In this document: piece after piece, positions 27,601 to 39,497 of the stretch
Layout of the letters: every line of letters begins with the position of its first letter
How positions within the stretch are numbered: the first letter of the stretch is position 1
NCBI GenBank assembly: GCA_973895155.1
Contig: OZ316896.1
Location: 17,782,754-17,846,753 of the forward strand
DNA length: 64,000 nt
Direction of reading: 5' to 3'
Origin: Marsupella aquatica
Taxonomy: Eukaryota > Plantae > Marchantiophyta
Program-made: the position numbers and the translations under genes
Notes under the pieces: generated by a model
Database searches by the model: none
Told to the model about the DNA's origin: nothing
The model's input: the letters and a program-made list of their open reading frames with translations, nothing else

Positions 27601-30303
27601 TTCTCGAGATGAATGCATAGAATTCCCTTGTTGAAATGTATTAGTTAAAGAGCGCACAGGGTGTGAATCGATAAATCCTTGTATTTTGAATTTTAATAAG
27701 AAATAGATATGTAAGGAAAGTCTCAAAGTGAAATGTTTTCTCTCAAAGTTGATATTTTTAGAAGAGCATGGACTCTTTACCCCTATCCGTGAACGTATGA
27801 CTTATGTATATGTTGGTGCCCCTTTTTGAAATTTTTTGAAAACAGTTTTTACGGTGATTTGGCTTTCAAAAATGGTTTCATGCAAATCTTGTCTTTCGTG
27901 CTAGTTCTTCATTTTGTGCCACTTCTTTCCCCCAGAAAAGAGCCACTGGTCGTCCCATGGTAAGTAAGTTGGCAGATAGGTCTTGTTTTTAAAGACAGAC
28001 TAGTAATTCTTCTTTTGGTTTCAATCTCCATCAGCCCACATACATTTAATGAATCATCTATATGCTAGTCAGAGGTAATTTGCTGGAGCAGCTGCAACTC
28101 TGAGGGGTGAGAATATTTTAAGCAGGTTCATAGTCAATTTAAAGCTCATAACCTTGAAACTAACAGCGTGAATTTCTGTACTGTCATAGCCTTCGAGCAA
28201 GGCCTTCCACGAGGGTGTTCTGTGCGACGAGTGTTTAATGATGCCCATAGAGGGCCCGAGATTCAAGTCTAGGGTACAGTTCAACTATGATTTGTGTGTT
28301 GGGTGTTTTGAGAAAGGGGGCCTCAAAACAGAGGAGTACTTTCGTCTCGATCTACCGTCTGTAAGTAACAGTCACACCACGCAAATGATATCTTGCAAGA
28401 ATTTAAATGATTTTTAATGAGCATGTCATCTGGTCACACAAAACTCTTACTGTAGAAGGGTTCACAGCTTGACAGAAACACATTCCCATTTGAATATTAG
28501 AGTATTTTGAAAACAGAGCGCATGATCCACTTCTGGAACGAATGTCCTAAGTCCTTTACTGGAGAATGTATAAAAAGTAAATTGATAATTAAAACATATT
28601 GACGGAACATAAGAGAGCAGAATCACAACCAAGTCAGATCTTTGACGTGCGTGCATGAGATGTTTTGAAATGAATCTTGAATGTAGCTTTTTAAAGAAGA
28701 TCTGCACCTTTAAGCCTTTGCGAAGATCGTGTGGTTCCCCATGGATGTGGAGTTGTGAGGCAATCCTACTCTCGCAGGATACTACTAAAGAGGAGATGAA
28801 AGTGAATACATTAAGAAATAAACGAAGGCGGTAGTAGAGGACAGAGCAAAAGAATATGTTCTAATGAAATATCTTCATTTTATGGGGATTAACTATAAAA
28901 TTTACTTTTTACTATGGGATTTGTAAGAGATATCGGGCTATCAAAGTGGGAGGAGGAGCAAGCTTCAGTCTTATTCTTATGACCCCTTGTTCGTTTTTGT
29001 TTTTGGGACAAAGGGGTTTGCCTTATAATGAGGTTTGATGATGGGATTGAAGAAGTTATCGTCGAAAATCTTTCTAACGCAGAGCTTTGTATACACTAGA
29101 TACATGGAGCTAAATGTGTAATTGGGTTATTCTTGTTGAAAAATAACCCAATTAATATAAAACCCTAAAAAAGGAAAGATCCCATGAAGAGATGGAACGT
29201 TTCACTCCAACAAAACTGGTTTCTGGAAATGTTGGAAATGTATGTGGGGACTTAAAATTGGCCAAATGATAGAAACTTTGTCATCTGAGGAGATGTGTTT
29301 GTAGTTTCGAGGTTGTCCCTGTGTAGCCCAAGGATATCTTCTAAATGAGAAGATGAATGTGATTCCAGTTAGAAACAAAGCCTAAGATGGCAGGTTATAT
29401 CCTATCATTTTTAATGTTGTTAATCTGGGTTTCAAGGTGCAGTCTAAGACGGAAGCAGAGGACCAAGTACAAGCAAATTTAAAACGAATCATGCTCAAGA
29501 TATATTAATTCAAAGCTGCAGCCTGCATTACTTACATTGACAGTAGTTAAGCCAATTGCAACCTATGAGAGAAACTAACCTGTTGTTTGGTGCCGTGGAT
29601 GCCATTTGGTAGGACTTGCCCACCATTGAAGGAAGCACATTCTGCAAAATGCGAAATCTGAGATATCTGGGGTTGGCCCACATAGCCATTGATCAAACTC
29701 ATTGTGCAACACTGCCGTCGACACTTGTCTACCTTTGGATGTATGGGGTGCAGTTTTCTGTCTTTCCTTTCCGCCCAAGCGACCATGAGCGGATGGCCCT
29801 TCTGTACATATGGGAGTGTCCTTCGTGCCCTTCCCAATACTTTTGGCCGACTCTCATCCCTTCAAGAGTTACAAATTCGTTGGGCTCCTCATTTGAAGAC
29901 CTTGCCTGACTCGCTTGGGAGTTTGCGAAAGCTGGTAACTCTATGGTTGGACGATTGTTCTAGTTTAGCGGAGTTACCGCAAATATTTGGCCAACTGGTA
30001 GCTTTGGAAAGTTTACGCATAGGGGACTGCAATGCTCTCTCAGCCTTGCCAAAGTCGTTTGGATATTTACCCAAACTCAAAACTCTGGTTATCTCGGGCT
30101 GCCGTCGTCTTCACATCCTGCCCGATACATTCCTGGAGCTTCCAAGATTGGAGTGTCTAGTGCTAGACTGGACATATTTCCAGAGCTTTCCCAACTTGGA
30201 GAATCTTAGGTCATTGAAACATCTCGTTGTATTTCAGGAAGCTCCTCATTGTATATCGTTGTATATCCGCAGTCTATCCGATTGGCTTCGTCGCACGGTT
30301 TAG
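24637..30303 (+). pseudogene. Hydrolase-NB-ARC-ZZ-LRR NLR copy 2, with multiple frameshifts
   Basis: Same exon structure as copy 1: 24637-24702 (MGQGASSS), hydrolase from 24922, NB-ARC about 26177-27204, ZZ exon 28190-28360, LRR 29613-30303. Frameshifts occur at about 25166 (-1), 26881 (-13, giving TAA), 27146 (-4) and 29822 (-5). Confidence 0.88.
28190..28360 (+). CDS. ZZ zinc-finger exon of NLR copy 2
   Basis: Translates as PSSKAFHEGVLCDECLMMPIEGPRFKSRVQFNYDLCVGCFEKGGLKTEEYFRLDLPS, bounded by AG and GT. Confidence 0.85.
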
Positions 30304-33003
30304 TAAGAAACTCGTGGGGCTGAGGAGGAAAATGGTGATGAATAAAGTTGGCTTCTCCTGCAGACAAACATTTGTGAAACGGCCATTTCTCTACAGCCCC
30401 CCCGGGTCGATTGACTTAAGGGGGGAGGGTAATCATCGGCAAGTAATCTCCACGAGCGAACAAGACTCTGTCTAGTCTCACCCGGATGGAAAGGGCCACA
30501 ACTGAAACACCTGCGAGAGAGAACTGTCTGGTCTCTGGAGTATGGTGACAATTATCGACTCGTTCCTAGGTGCATATTGTTCAGTGGATGTAGACATGGG
30601 AGTTGGAGCACAGTAGAGTTGGAATAATTGTCGCGGATCAGTGCACAGCTACATCCTGATTGCACGTGATCCCTTGAATCCATCGGCTAGGATAAGATTT
30701 ATATAGAGAGAAAAATGTGCAATCTCGCCATACTCAACTTACCTGATACATTTCTGTACCATCAGAGACTCGAGCGCCCAGGCCTAGTAAGCACACATTT
30801 GCAGAGTATTTCTGACTTGGAGAAATTTCCGCTATGCCGGTTAACTCGGGCTGACGAAAGTGGTCAGGAGTAGAATGTAGCTCTTGCAGGCTGTGAATAG
30901 TCGAACAGCCATTTCTCTGTAACATCTCCTAATCCATCTCGATCTGACGGGGGAGGGGCATCATCTGCAAGTAATCATCCAGCAATACACATCACTCTGG
31001 CGAGTCCAAGGATTGAAACTTCTGGAATGTGTTCGGAACAGATTGATTATGTCCTCTGCGAACCCCAAATTCTTGAAAGATTGGCCTCTCTGAGTCAACT
31101 GGTTATTCCTATCTTGAGCCTGGTGTGATCCATGTGGTTAGTAAATTAGTCTCACCCGGATCGGGAATTACACAACTGAAACGCCTGCAAGTGAATCACG
31201 GCTGGTCATGGAGTAACGCCATCCAGACAAGGGACATGAAGCAGAGCAAAATTTGCCTTTTCCAGGAGCAGTGTACAGGTGCGTTTTGATCCCCGATCTC
31301 AGCCTGAATGAGTTTTGCCGTTCAGTAGCGCTTGACTCTACTTCGTAATTCTTTTTTCTAAATATGATAACGTTTGTGTTGTGCTTCACACTATATCATC
31401 AGGACACATACCTCGGCAAATTAAGGCTGCAACGGATGCACAGTTTCCATGATCGATCAGAAGCAGAACCAAAAGTTATTCTTAAGATTCATTTCAAAAT
31501 ATTAAATGGATGCACATTGCAGTTCTTAGCACATAAACTCGGCAGACTACTCATTCTGTGTATTGGAAGCAGCCTAGGTCGGTAATAAGAAGGTGGATCT
31601 TGAGTTCTGATTACTGACTTTATATACAAATGGGAATATGGTGGTTGAAAATGCTTCAGACAAACTTTCCATCTAGACTTAGGTGCGATCAGGTCAAATG
31701 ATCATTTAAAATTATTGGAAAGTGTTCCCGAAGGTTGCCTCGTAGGGGTTACTAACACAACGTAGATCGAAATGAAAGTAGTGATTATTCCCGAGTAGGT
31801 TCTCCGAACTCTGACCGCTGGGATGAGAAAACATGAAATATTTCTGCTGGATAATGATACATGTTAGTGTCCATTGGAGTGGAATGGGGTATTAATACTG
31901 ACTACCCATACTCCCAGGGATACGAAGTGCAGATATAAGCAATGGAGACGGCTTCTGATGAGAATGTTTACCTCAATTGCTGTGGATCTAGCATCAGACA
32001 ATTTTGACTCGGCTGCGCAATGAACATTGTCTGCTTCACACTCAGAAGGTCCATATTTGGAGCAAAAAGCCGTTCAGTCAGCTTGGTTACTCTCGGACTG
32101 CACCTCAGTCCACTTGTGCCCCGACAAGTCACTGAAATCTGCAGCCTAGAATCCTCCTATCAATGCAGTTCGCAGGGGATCGTCATCAGAGTACCTGTGC
32201 ATGCAAGTTTGCCCCATTATTAGGAGAAAGAACTGTGGAATAAACTCAAGCTCTAGCATGTGCTGTTTGCGCTCAGGGTCGTAACCCTTAACTAATTTCG
32301 ATTACTGCTGTCAGAGGAGGCTCTAAGTAGTGAATTTCTAGCCAGAATATTCTGAAATCCTCTCGAATATGCGTTTTCATTGTCGAAGGGATTGTGTACT
32401 TTGGTGACTATTTCAATGCAGGGGAGATTCTCGAACAGGCAAGCTCTGCATTAGTTGTGAGGGTAAAGAGCTTTAGAACTTATAGACTGTAAGTGTATGA
32501 TTTCGCTACACCGTCCACTTCACGACCAGCTGATGAAAGGAGCACATCATGAGCTCTAGGGACTGATCGTTATGATACCGAGGAAATTTGGTGTCATCTG
32601 TAGTGAGCAATCTTAGGATGAGAAGCTTTTAATACCATACCTAAGGGAAGGCAGCTGATGTAAGATTGAATTCCCTCCCCATGTGGAAAGCTGAAGAGGA
32701 CTAATTGATGGCTGTAAAGTACTCAGGATTGTTGTACATGTTATAATTTAGACTTGGATGTCACAAAGCCTTCGAAGGATTTTGGTTGCAGAGTTACTCC
32801 GGGTTGTGACGATGGACGATCACCAAGTTACCATTATTCAACTGAAATTTAGGAGTTACATCAATATTACGGATGAATCATCTTGTGGTATTGAATGACT
32901 TTTCGAACTAACCAGTCTTTTTACTGTTGCATACCAATCCAGTTCGGTTTGCAAACTTTCAAAGAAACTGCCTGTTGTTTGTTGCTTTGATGCGATTTGG
33001 TAG

Positions 33004-33612
33004 GGCTGATTGCCCCATCTTCAAGGAAGCACATTGTATAAAATGCGAAAACTGAGATATTGGGAGATCATGGATCATTGATCAAAGTCACGGTGTAACA
33101 CTGCCGTCGACACTCGTCGCCCTGAGATGTCAACGGTGTTTTTCTCTGATTCCCTTTCAGCCTAAGGGGTCACGAGAGGACGGCCGTTCTGAAAAAGTTA
33201 TGTCGAGGACTTTACACCCTCCCCGCTCCTTTGGACCAACTCTCATTCCTACAAGGGTTATGCATTGACTGGTATCCTTTGAAGAGATTGCCTGACTCTG
33301 TTGGGAGTTTACCTAAGCTGACTTATCTGACTAGCATTGTTGCATTGCAGTGGTTCAGCTGAGTTCCCTAATTAAGTCATCTGGCCAATTCGTAGCTTTA
33401 GAAAGATTGGAAATAGGTATATGCAATGCTGTATCAACTTTCCCAAAGTCATTTGGATGTTTATCAAGGCTCTGATATCTGCTTCTGAGGGGCTGTTGTA
33501 GTCTTCACGACGTGCCAGATACATTCATACAACTTCAGGGACTGGAGCGCCTCTACCATATAGTCAAATATTTACAGATCGTGAGAATTCTAGAATTGGA
33601 GAATTTAAGATC
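33004..33612 (+). pseudogene. Degenerate orphan LRR exon of the same NLR family
   Basis: Homologous to the LRR exon (ggaagcacattgtataaaatgcgaaaactgagatat, acactgccgtcgacactcgtc, ccaaagtcatttggatgttta, ttggagaatttaag), with many stops and indels. The preceding intron end is also conserved. Confidence 0.8.
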
Positions 33613-34552
33613 TTCGGTTGTGTGTACACAAGGCTTCACGTTCTTGCTCTCGAGCGTTTCGGTCAGGAGAGGACAATCTAGAGTGCTTTAATAAACTTCA
33701 AACAGGTGTCTATATTTTCACAAAAGACAACTTCATAACCTACTAGCTAGACAGGTGGTTGAATGAGTTACAAAAATTCATAACCCATTGTCTCCACGCC
33801 CCTCAATGTTCACAAATATGATTTGTCCGGAAATCTAGCCAGTGATCTAAGTCTTGAGGGGCAATTATCGCACATAATGTCCTGACGACCGGGTCTTAGA
33901 TACTTTAGCCCAAACTACTCAGAGTGGTCCGAGCTGTTAGCACATAAGTGAAGCAGCTTACTCTCTGAAATTGGACTATTTTGATTGAATCTCTCGTCAA
34001 TTAGACCACTTCGATTCAATCTCTGCCCTTTGAATCAGTCAGCGTCCATTCTATCTCTGCCACGTAATTCAGTCAAACAGCTTCAAAATGACAAAATTTA
34101 AAGAAAGAAACGGCTTTGCAAAAAAATATTTTTCACTTATAAGTTAGGGGGGTCAAACCTTAAAATGTCGCACGCGATGTATGGCCCTCCATATAATGAC
34201 CGACCCCCCCCCCCCCCCGCGAGCTAGAGATCCATGAAAATTTAGCCTTCCCAGGTAACTTGATGTTGGAATAGTTACCCGTTCCCTATGTGGTTGGTTG
34301 ATCTGGGAGATTTGTAGAAGGCAGTCCCAGTCAGAGACAAATGCACCAAAAGTACATTGAAAACTCGAGTTGCAATGAAAACAATCTACTTTATTTATAG
34401 TAAACTCTCTCATGAGATATGTAGTAGTGTAGTGGAACCTGAGAGTAGGATCTGGAGGTGAAAGATATTATTATTGTTGCACCATTCGGGAGAATGTTTT
34501 TGTTGAATATTGCCTACTGTAGAATGTTTGCAGTTCCATACTTCTTTGTGCA

Positions 34553-34741
34553 TTTGTGCATTTCCATACTTCTTTGTTAATTAGCCTGGGAAAATGTCAA
34601 ATTACCAAGAGATTCTCCTACCTGGGTGTGGGACCAGTTTTCAGTTTACACAATTTGTGCATTTCCATACTTCTTTGTTAATTAGCCTGGGAAAATGTCA
34701 AATTACCAAGAGATTCTCCTACCTGGGTGTGGGACCAGTTT
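34553..34741. repeat. Tandem duplication with period about 101 bp
   Basis: tttgtgcatttccatacttc...ctgggtgtgggaccagttt occurs twice. Confidence 0.9.
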
Positions 34742-35597
34742 GCCTTGTGTATATAGACGTGAGACTACAGTCTCTAGTGCACCATGTATAAGTGCAATCC
34801 TGGGTATGTGGCAGGCCAGCTCTACTTTCCCACTCTTTCTTTTGTAAAATTGCAATTTTCTTGCACTTTTTTACACATGTTTCCCTAAATTGGTAAAATA
34901 GTAAATCTTAGAATTGTTTGTCATGCATGATTTATTTGAAAAAAAAACAACTTTAAAAAAATAGCACCTGGATAGCACCCAAAACCTCGGGGGTTTCACT
35001 TCCACAAAAATGGCATATCACGTGCGACGAAGGATAGGGTCATTTTATTGGTTCTAAGGGAAGACTTAAGAATTTTTGTAGAAGAACAATATGGTCTTTT
35101 AAATTCAATTTTGACACTTATAAGAACATTAGGGTCTTTTTAATCCATTTTTTGGAATATTCCAAGAATATTCCAACTTTATAGGGGTTAAAAAATTAAA
35201 AAAAATTCTTACATTTTAGGGGGTCCGAGGCCTAAAAACGTCGCAGGCGATGGGGAGGTCCCCATATAGTGAGACCCCCGAGCCCAAAACCATTGGTCCT
35301 TCTTACGAAACTTCAGGTAAGACTATGCTTTAGAGACATACTTTCAGGTATGAGTACTTCCAAAAAATTGAGAGGGAACAACTAAAGGGAGTAAACAAAT
35401 TTACTTACCCTAAGTACTACTTCACCCAAAAAGGCTGGAAGTGGGACCCAAAAATGAGGAGGGTCTTCTGGTGAGATGTGGAGGAGAAACGAGGTGCAAT
35501 TAATGACAAAACAGGGATGAGTCTCTCTGAATGTTCTCGATAATTGCAAAGCTTTCAGAATTGGCACAATGGCCTAGTGCAATACACAAAGTAGGCT

Positions 35598-35703
35598 GTT
35601 GCTTTATTAATTAGTTTGCAAACACCACCTCCAGGTCAATCTGCTTTTCTATGTTTGCAGATTGACCTGGAGGTGGTGTTTGCAAACTAATTAATAAAGC
35701 AAC
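35598..35703. repeat. Perfect 47-bp inverted repeat with a 12-nt loop
   Basis: 35598-35644 is the exact reverse complement of 35657-35703. Confidence 0.95.
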
Positions 35704-38168
35704 TCACTCTTTGTCCACATCACTGTTTAAACTGAATCTCTCATCAATTGGACAGCTTCGATTCAATCTCAACCTCGTCAATCACACAACTCGAGTCAAT
35801 TACACTGTGTACTAATATATCAATTCAGGTTTAGTTAAGAACTGGGATTTATTTCTCTTTCAAACACAACACTCCTTTCAACACAAACGAAAATCTGCAC
35901 AAGACTCGGCATAATTCCGTGCATGTCAAGCAAAATTATTTTTTATTATTGTATCGTCACACACGTACTGTAGTATGTGGGTCCATTGCATGGCAGGCCA
36001 TAACTTGTCAGCGGAAGAATCTTGGGGAAAAGAATTGGATATCCTAGTTAAAATATAATACAAGGTTGCCAAGGGGTCAAATTTGCAGTGTCCAAAAAAA
36101 TTAATCATGTCAAAGAGAAGGAATAAAGACTATATTAAATTTAGTGTGCACCAAAAAAGTAATAAGTGCATTCCAAACAAGAGGGGAATCGAACGGGACA
36201 CACAATGCCAATGGAACACACAAAACAAGGGAGCGAATGCACATGCATGAATATTAAGTAGGTTCCTGATCCATACACAAGAAATACAAAGATACATAAT
36301 GTATGTGATATTGCATAATATAAAATGATAATAATTTAATTAAAATAGATTAATTAAACACAATAGGTTAGATGATAGAGAGAATGTCAAAAGCTATAAT
36401 AAAATGTTATTTTTTTATAGCATGGTAGTCATTCAAATTTGCAATATCCCAAACATGAAAAACATATATGAAAGAATCTAACCAACGAGAAGTAATAAAA
36501 CCCCAAAAAATCAATATTGTGAATGAAAATGGAGAGCAATGTTTCCAAGCAAAAAATGAATCTAATAGTACAAAGAAAATAGGGAGGGTCTCTAGCAATG
36601 CAGGAGTACCAAGGAGACCTCCCTTTGCCATATACCACTATAATTCTTATCCTGTCCCTTTACAAACTAAAGAAAGTGAGAATCAATCTTGAATGTTCAT
36701 CAAAACTTAATTTTTTTCCACGCTGTCAGATCTATCCATACACCCCTTTTAAAAAATGCCCAAGATACCCTTTAACCTTCCCATACCTGCCACAATGAAA
36801 AAATTAATCAAATTTTAAATAAATCTATTCATATATAAATATAATTCTATTTTTTTGAAATAATTTTGAATATAAACAAAATATATAGAACATATTTTCT
36901 TATCTTGACATCTTTTCTTCATATGAAGATCTTCTCACCTCAAGATCTTTGCTCATCTTGACATATTTTTCCGGGTATTTTTCTCACCTCAAGATCTTTT
37001 CTCACCTCGACATATGTCTTTTCTCTCCTTGACATGTTTTTCTCTAATCGACATATTTTTCTCATCTTGCCATCTTTTCTCTCCTTGACATATTTTTCTC
37101 AGATCGGAATGTTTTTCTCTCATCGACATCTTTTTTCACCTTGACATATTTTCTCACCTCAACATGCATCATTTGTGCAATGCACAAGTATCAAACCCAA
37201 GATGTACTTAACAACATCTTTTACTTCACAACATCTTTGACTAATGATATACTTTATCTATTGACCATTTGTACTTAACAACATCTTAATACATAACGAC
37301 ATCATTGACTACATGACATCTATTTACTTGACAACAATTTTTGATGACCTTTTGAGCAACATGCCATCTTTGGTAAAATGACTTCTTTTTCTTAACAACA
37401 TCATTTTACTACATGACATCTTTTAGATAAGAATATTATTTTTGGGAAACAAAACATATTTTCTCTTAAATCACCCTATTCATTAAAACTGGAATTTCTC
37501 TAGTCCAGAAGTTGACCTTCAAATTTCTTATTTTACCCCCAAAAGTTCTATAACTTGTTGCCCAAAAGCATACATTTTAGTGGCCAAATATACACTTTTT
37601 GAAGTCTAAAATTACAATTCTAATGCCCAAATTATTAATTAAATAATTCAGTTATCAATTATTAATACTTATTAATTAAAAGACATTAAAGTGTTCTTAT
37701 TATATACAATCTAAACAATGAAAAAATAGAATAAGACAATATAATAAATTCAAATGACCCTGATAACCAAGTTACACAAAGTAACACGGAAGGTAAACCG
37801 GTGATGTATTATAAAAGTAAAAAACCTATTTTTACAGGGTCGAGACCACGTCTGCCCCAATGCAGGCTCTAGATGGTTTTGACCGGTTGTTGAATGTATA
37901 TCAATTACTATGTAAAAATCTATGTCAAGATTATCTCGACCCAAATGTAGGGTCCACATAATTTTGACCCGTTGTTGAATCTATATCTCTAGCTATTCCC
38001 TTTGTATAGGGTCTAGACCCAAATAACCTTTTTCTGAGAACATATCTACAAGTAAATGAGAGCATCTAGACTCAAATGGATAGTACGCATAGCTTCACTC
38101 TTTTTTCGAGTAAGAATATGTATATGTACAACTCACATCGTAACTGTTCAGTGTAGGGTCGAGATAAT

Positions 38169-39443
38169 CTAGACCCAAATCTCATGCTCCTCCACCCCGC
38201 AGAATTCATTTGAGCAAGTAAATCTAGACCCTGACGGGTCATATTTCATATCGCGATTACAGAAATTGAGAGGCTTTCTATTCCAAAACTTTGTGGTGAG
38301 GTCCCTACACCTCAAGACTTCCAAAACAAATCCCCGATGATTGTCTCTGTAGGGTCCTGTGTACTGATATCCAATTAATGTCTTTGCAAGGTCGTTGATT
38401 GCCTCCTCCGTCAATTCCTCCATTGGTGGTAATTGTTGCACTTCATTTTTGATATCCCAGGGAATTTCGTCCGCTGTAACATCCATGACTGTATGGATAA
38501 CATTGGGAACCCATACCATACTACCCCACCTCTCCGACAACAGAGCATAAATGGCAGCCTGTTGATCCCTGTCCGATAAAACATTGATCATAGACCACTT
38601 TGGATGATTGATAAAAAGATAGTGCTGGAGATTGAAGGCATGATACAATTTCCTGAGCAGAGGCCACAGTATTTCTGGAAAGAATGTATCATCCGTGGAG
38701 TGATGCAAAAATGAGGAAGGAAACAACCCACAATTCTCTGGATTTGCAAACGCCTTCATTGGAGTGTCATCAAGAAGGAGTGTATTAGTTTCGTCGTATA
38801 ATCCACCATAACGTTTCCAAACAACCCTCAAATCCTTCAAAAGAATATTTGCCTTCCCATCGGTAATGTCAGGCCTCTGGATTCCAGTATTGAATGTATC
38901 TTCTTGAGTAAGAATAAACTTGAATTGCTCTCTCTCTTCTTGATTGAAGATCAAATGAATCATTTCATCCGTCCTGGGTTTCCTTGCACAAGTCCAAATG
39001 GCAACATCAAATAATGAAAAAGCTGCGATTAAGAACTCGTGAAGATGGGGTCGCTCAACATACATAAAGTTAAACCCTCCACGTCTCCCCCAATGGACAC
39101 CATTGACACTTGTCGCACTACGGCGCGGTCCGGAACTTGGCGTTTTGACAGAATCCCAGCACATTTTGTTGAGGTCAAGAATCAATAGCTTCCGTCTGAT
39201 CGGACCGTGAAGTGGAGGCAAGGGTCCTGCAAAGTAGGAACACCAACGTTAGAATTGTGGGAGATAAAACAAAGGAATGCTCGAGATGATCTCGAGCATC
39301 ACAAGTGAATGAACAACAGTCAACATCATACCTGTTGTTTGTGGAAGGTCAGTAGTTGAAGAAATCTCAGGACATCTTCGGAGATTATTGTCGATGCACT
39401 CCACAATTGGTAAGGGCCCGCCTATTTCTGTGAAGGTAGACAT
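38169..39443 (-). CDS. FCP1/NIF-family HAD phosphatase-like protein (transposon cargo)
   Basis: Exon 39443-39332 (phase-1 donor AG|GTATG) joins exon 39226-38169 (TTTGCAG|). Motifs: RKLLILDLNK (variant of DxDxT), ERPHLHEFL, FDVAIWT, LKDLRVVW, NTLLLDDTPMKA. A C-terminal Cys cluster is present. Confidence 0.8.
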
Positions 39444-39497
39444 AATAATTTAGACGGCTGAATTTCCGGACAGTTCAAACTAACTTGGGTTTCAACC

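Larger units (their letters stand above)
22608..30360 (+). repeat. Second unit of a tandem segmental duplication (first unit about 15460-22607)
   Basis: At about 22608 the sequence jumps back to a near-identical copy of 15460 onward (tttctctcttgcaa..gtgtgtacatgaatgcctgtagg). Introns are highly similar between the two units. Confidence 0.9.
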
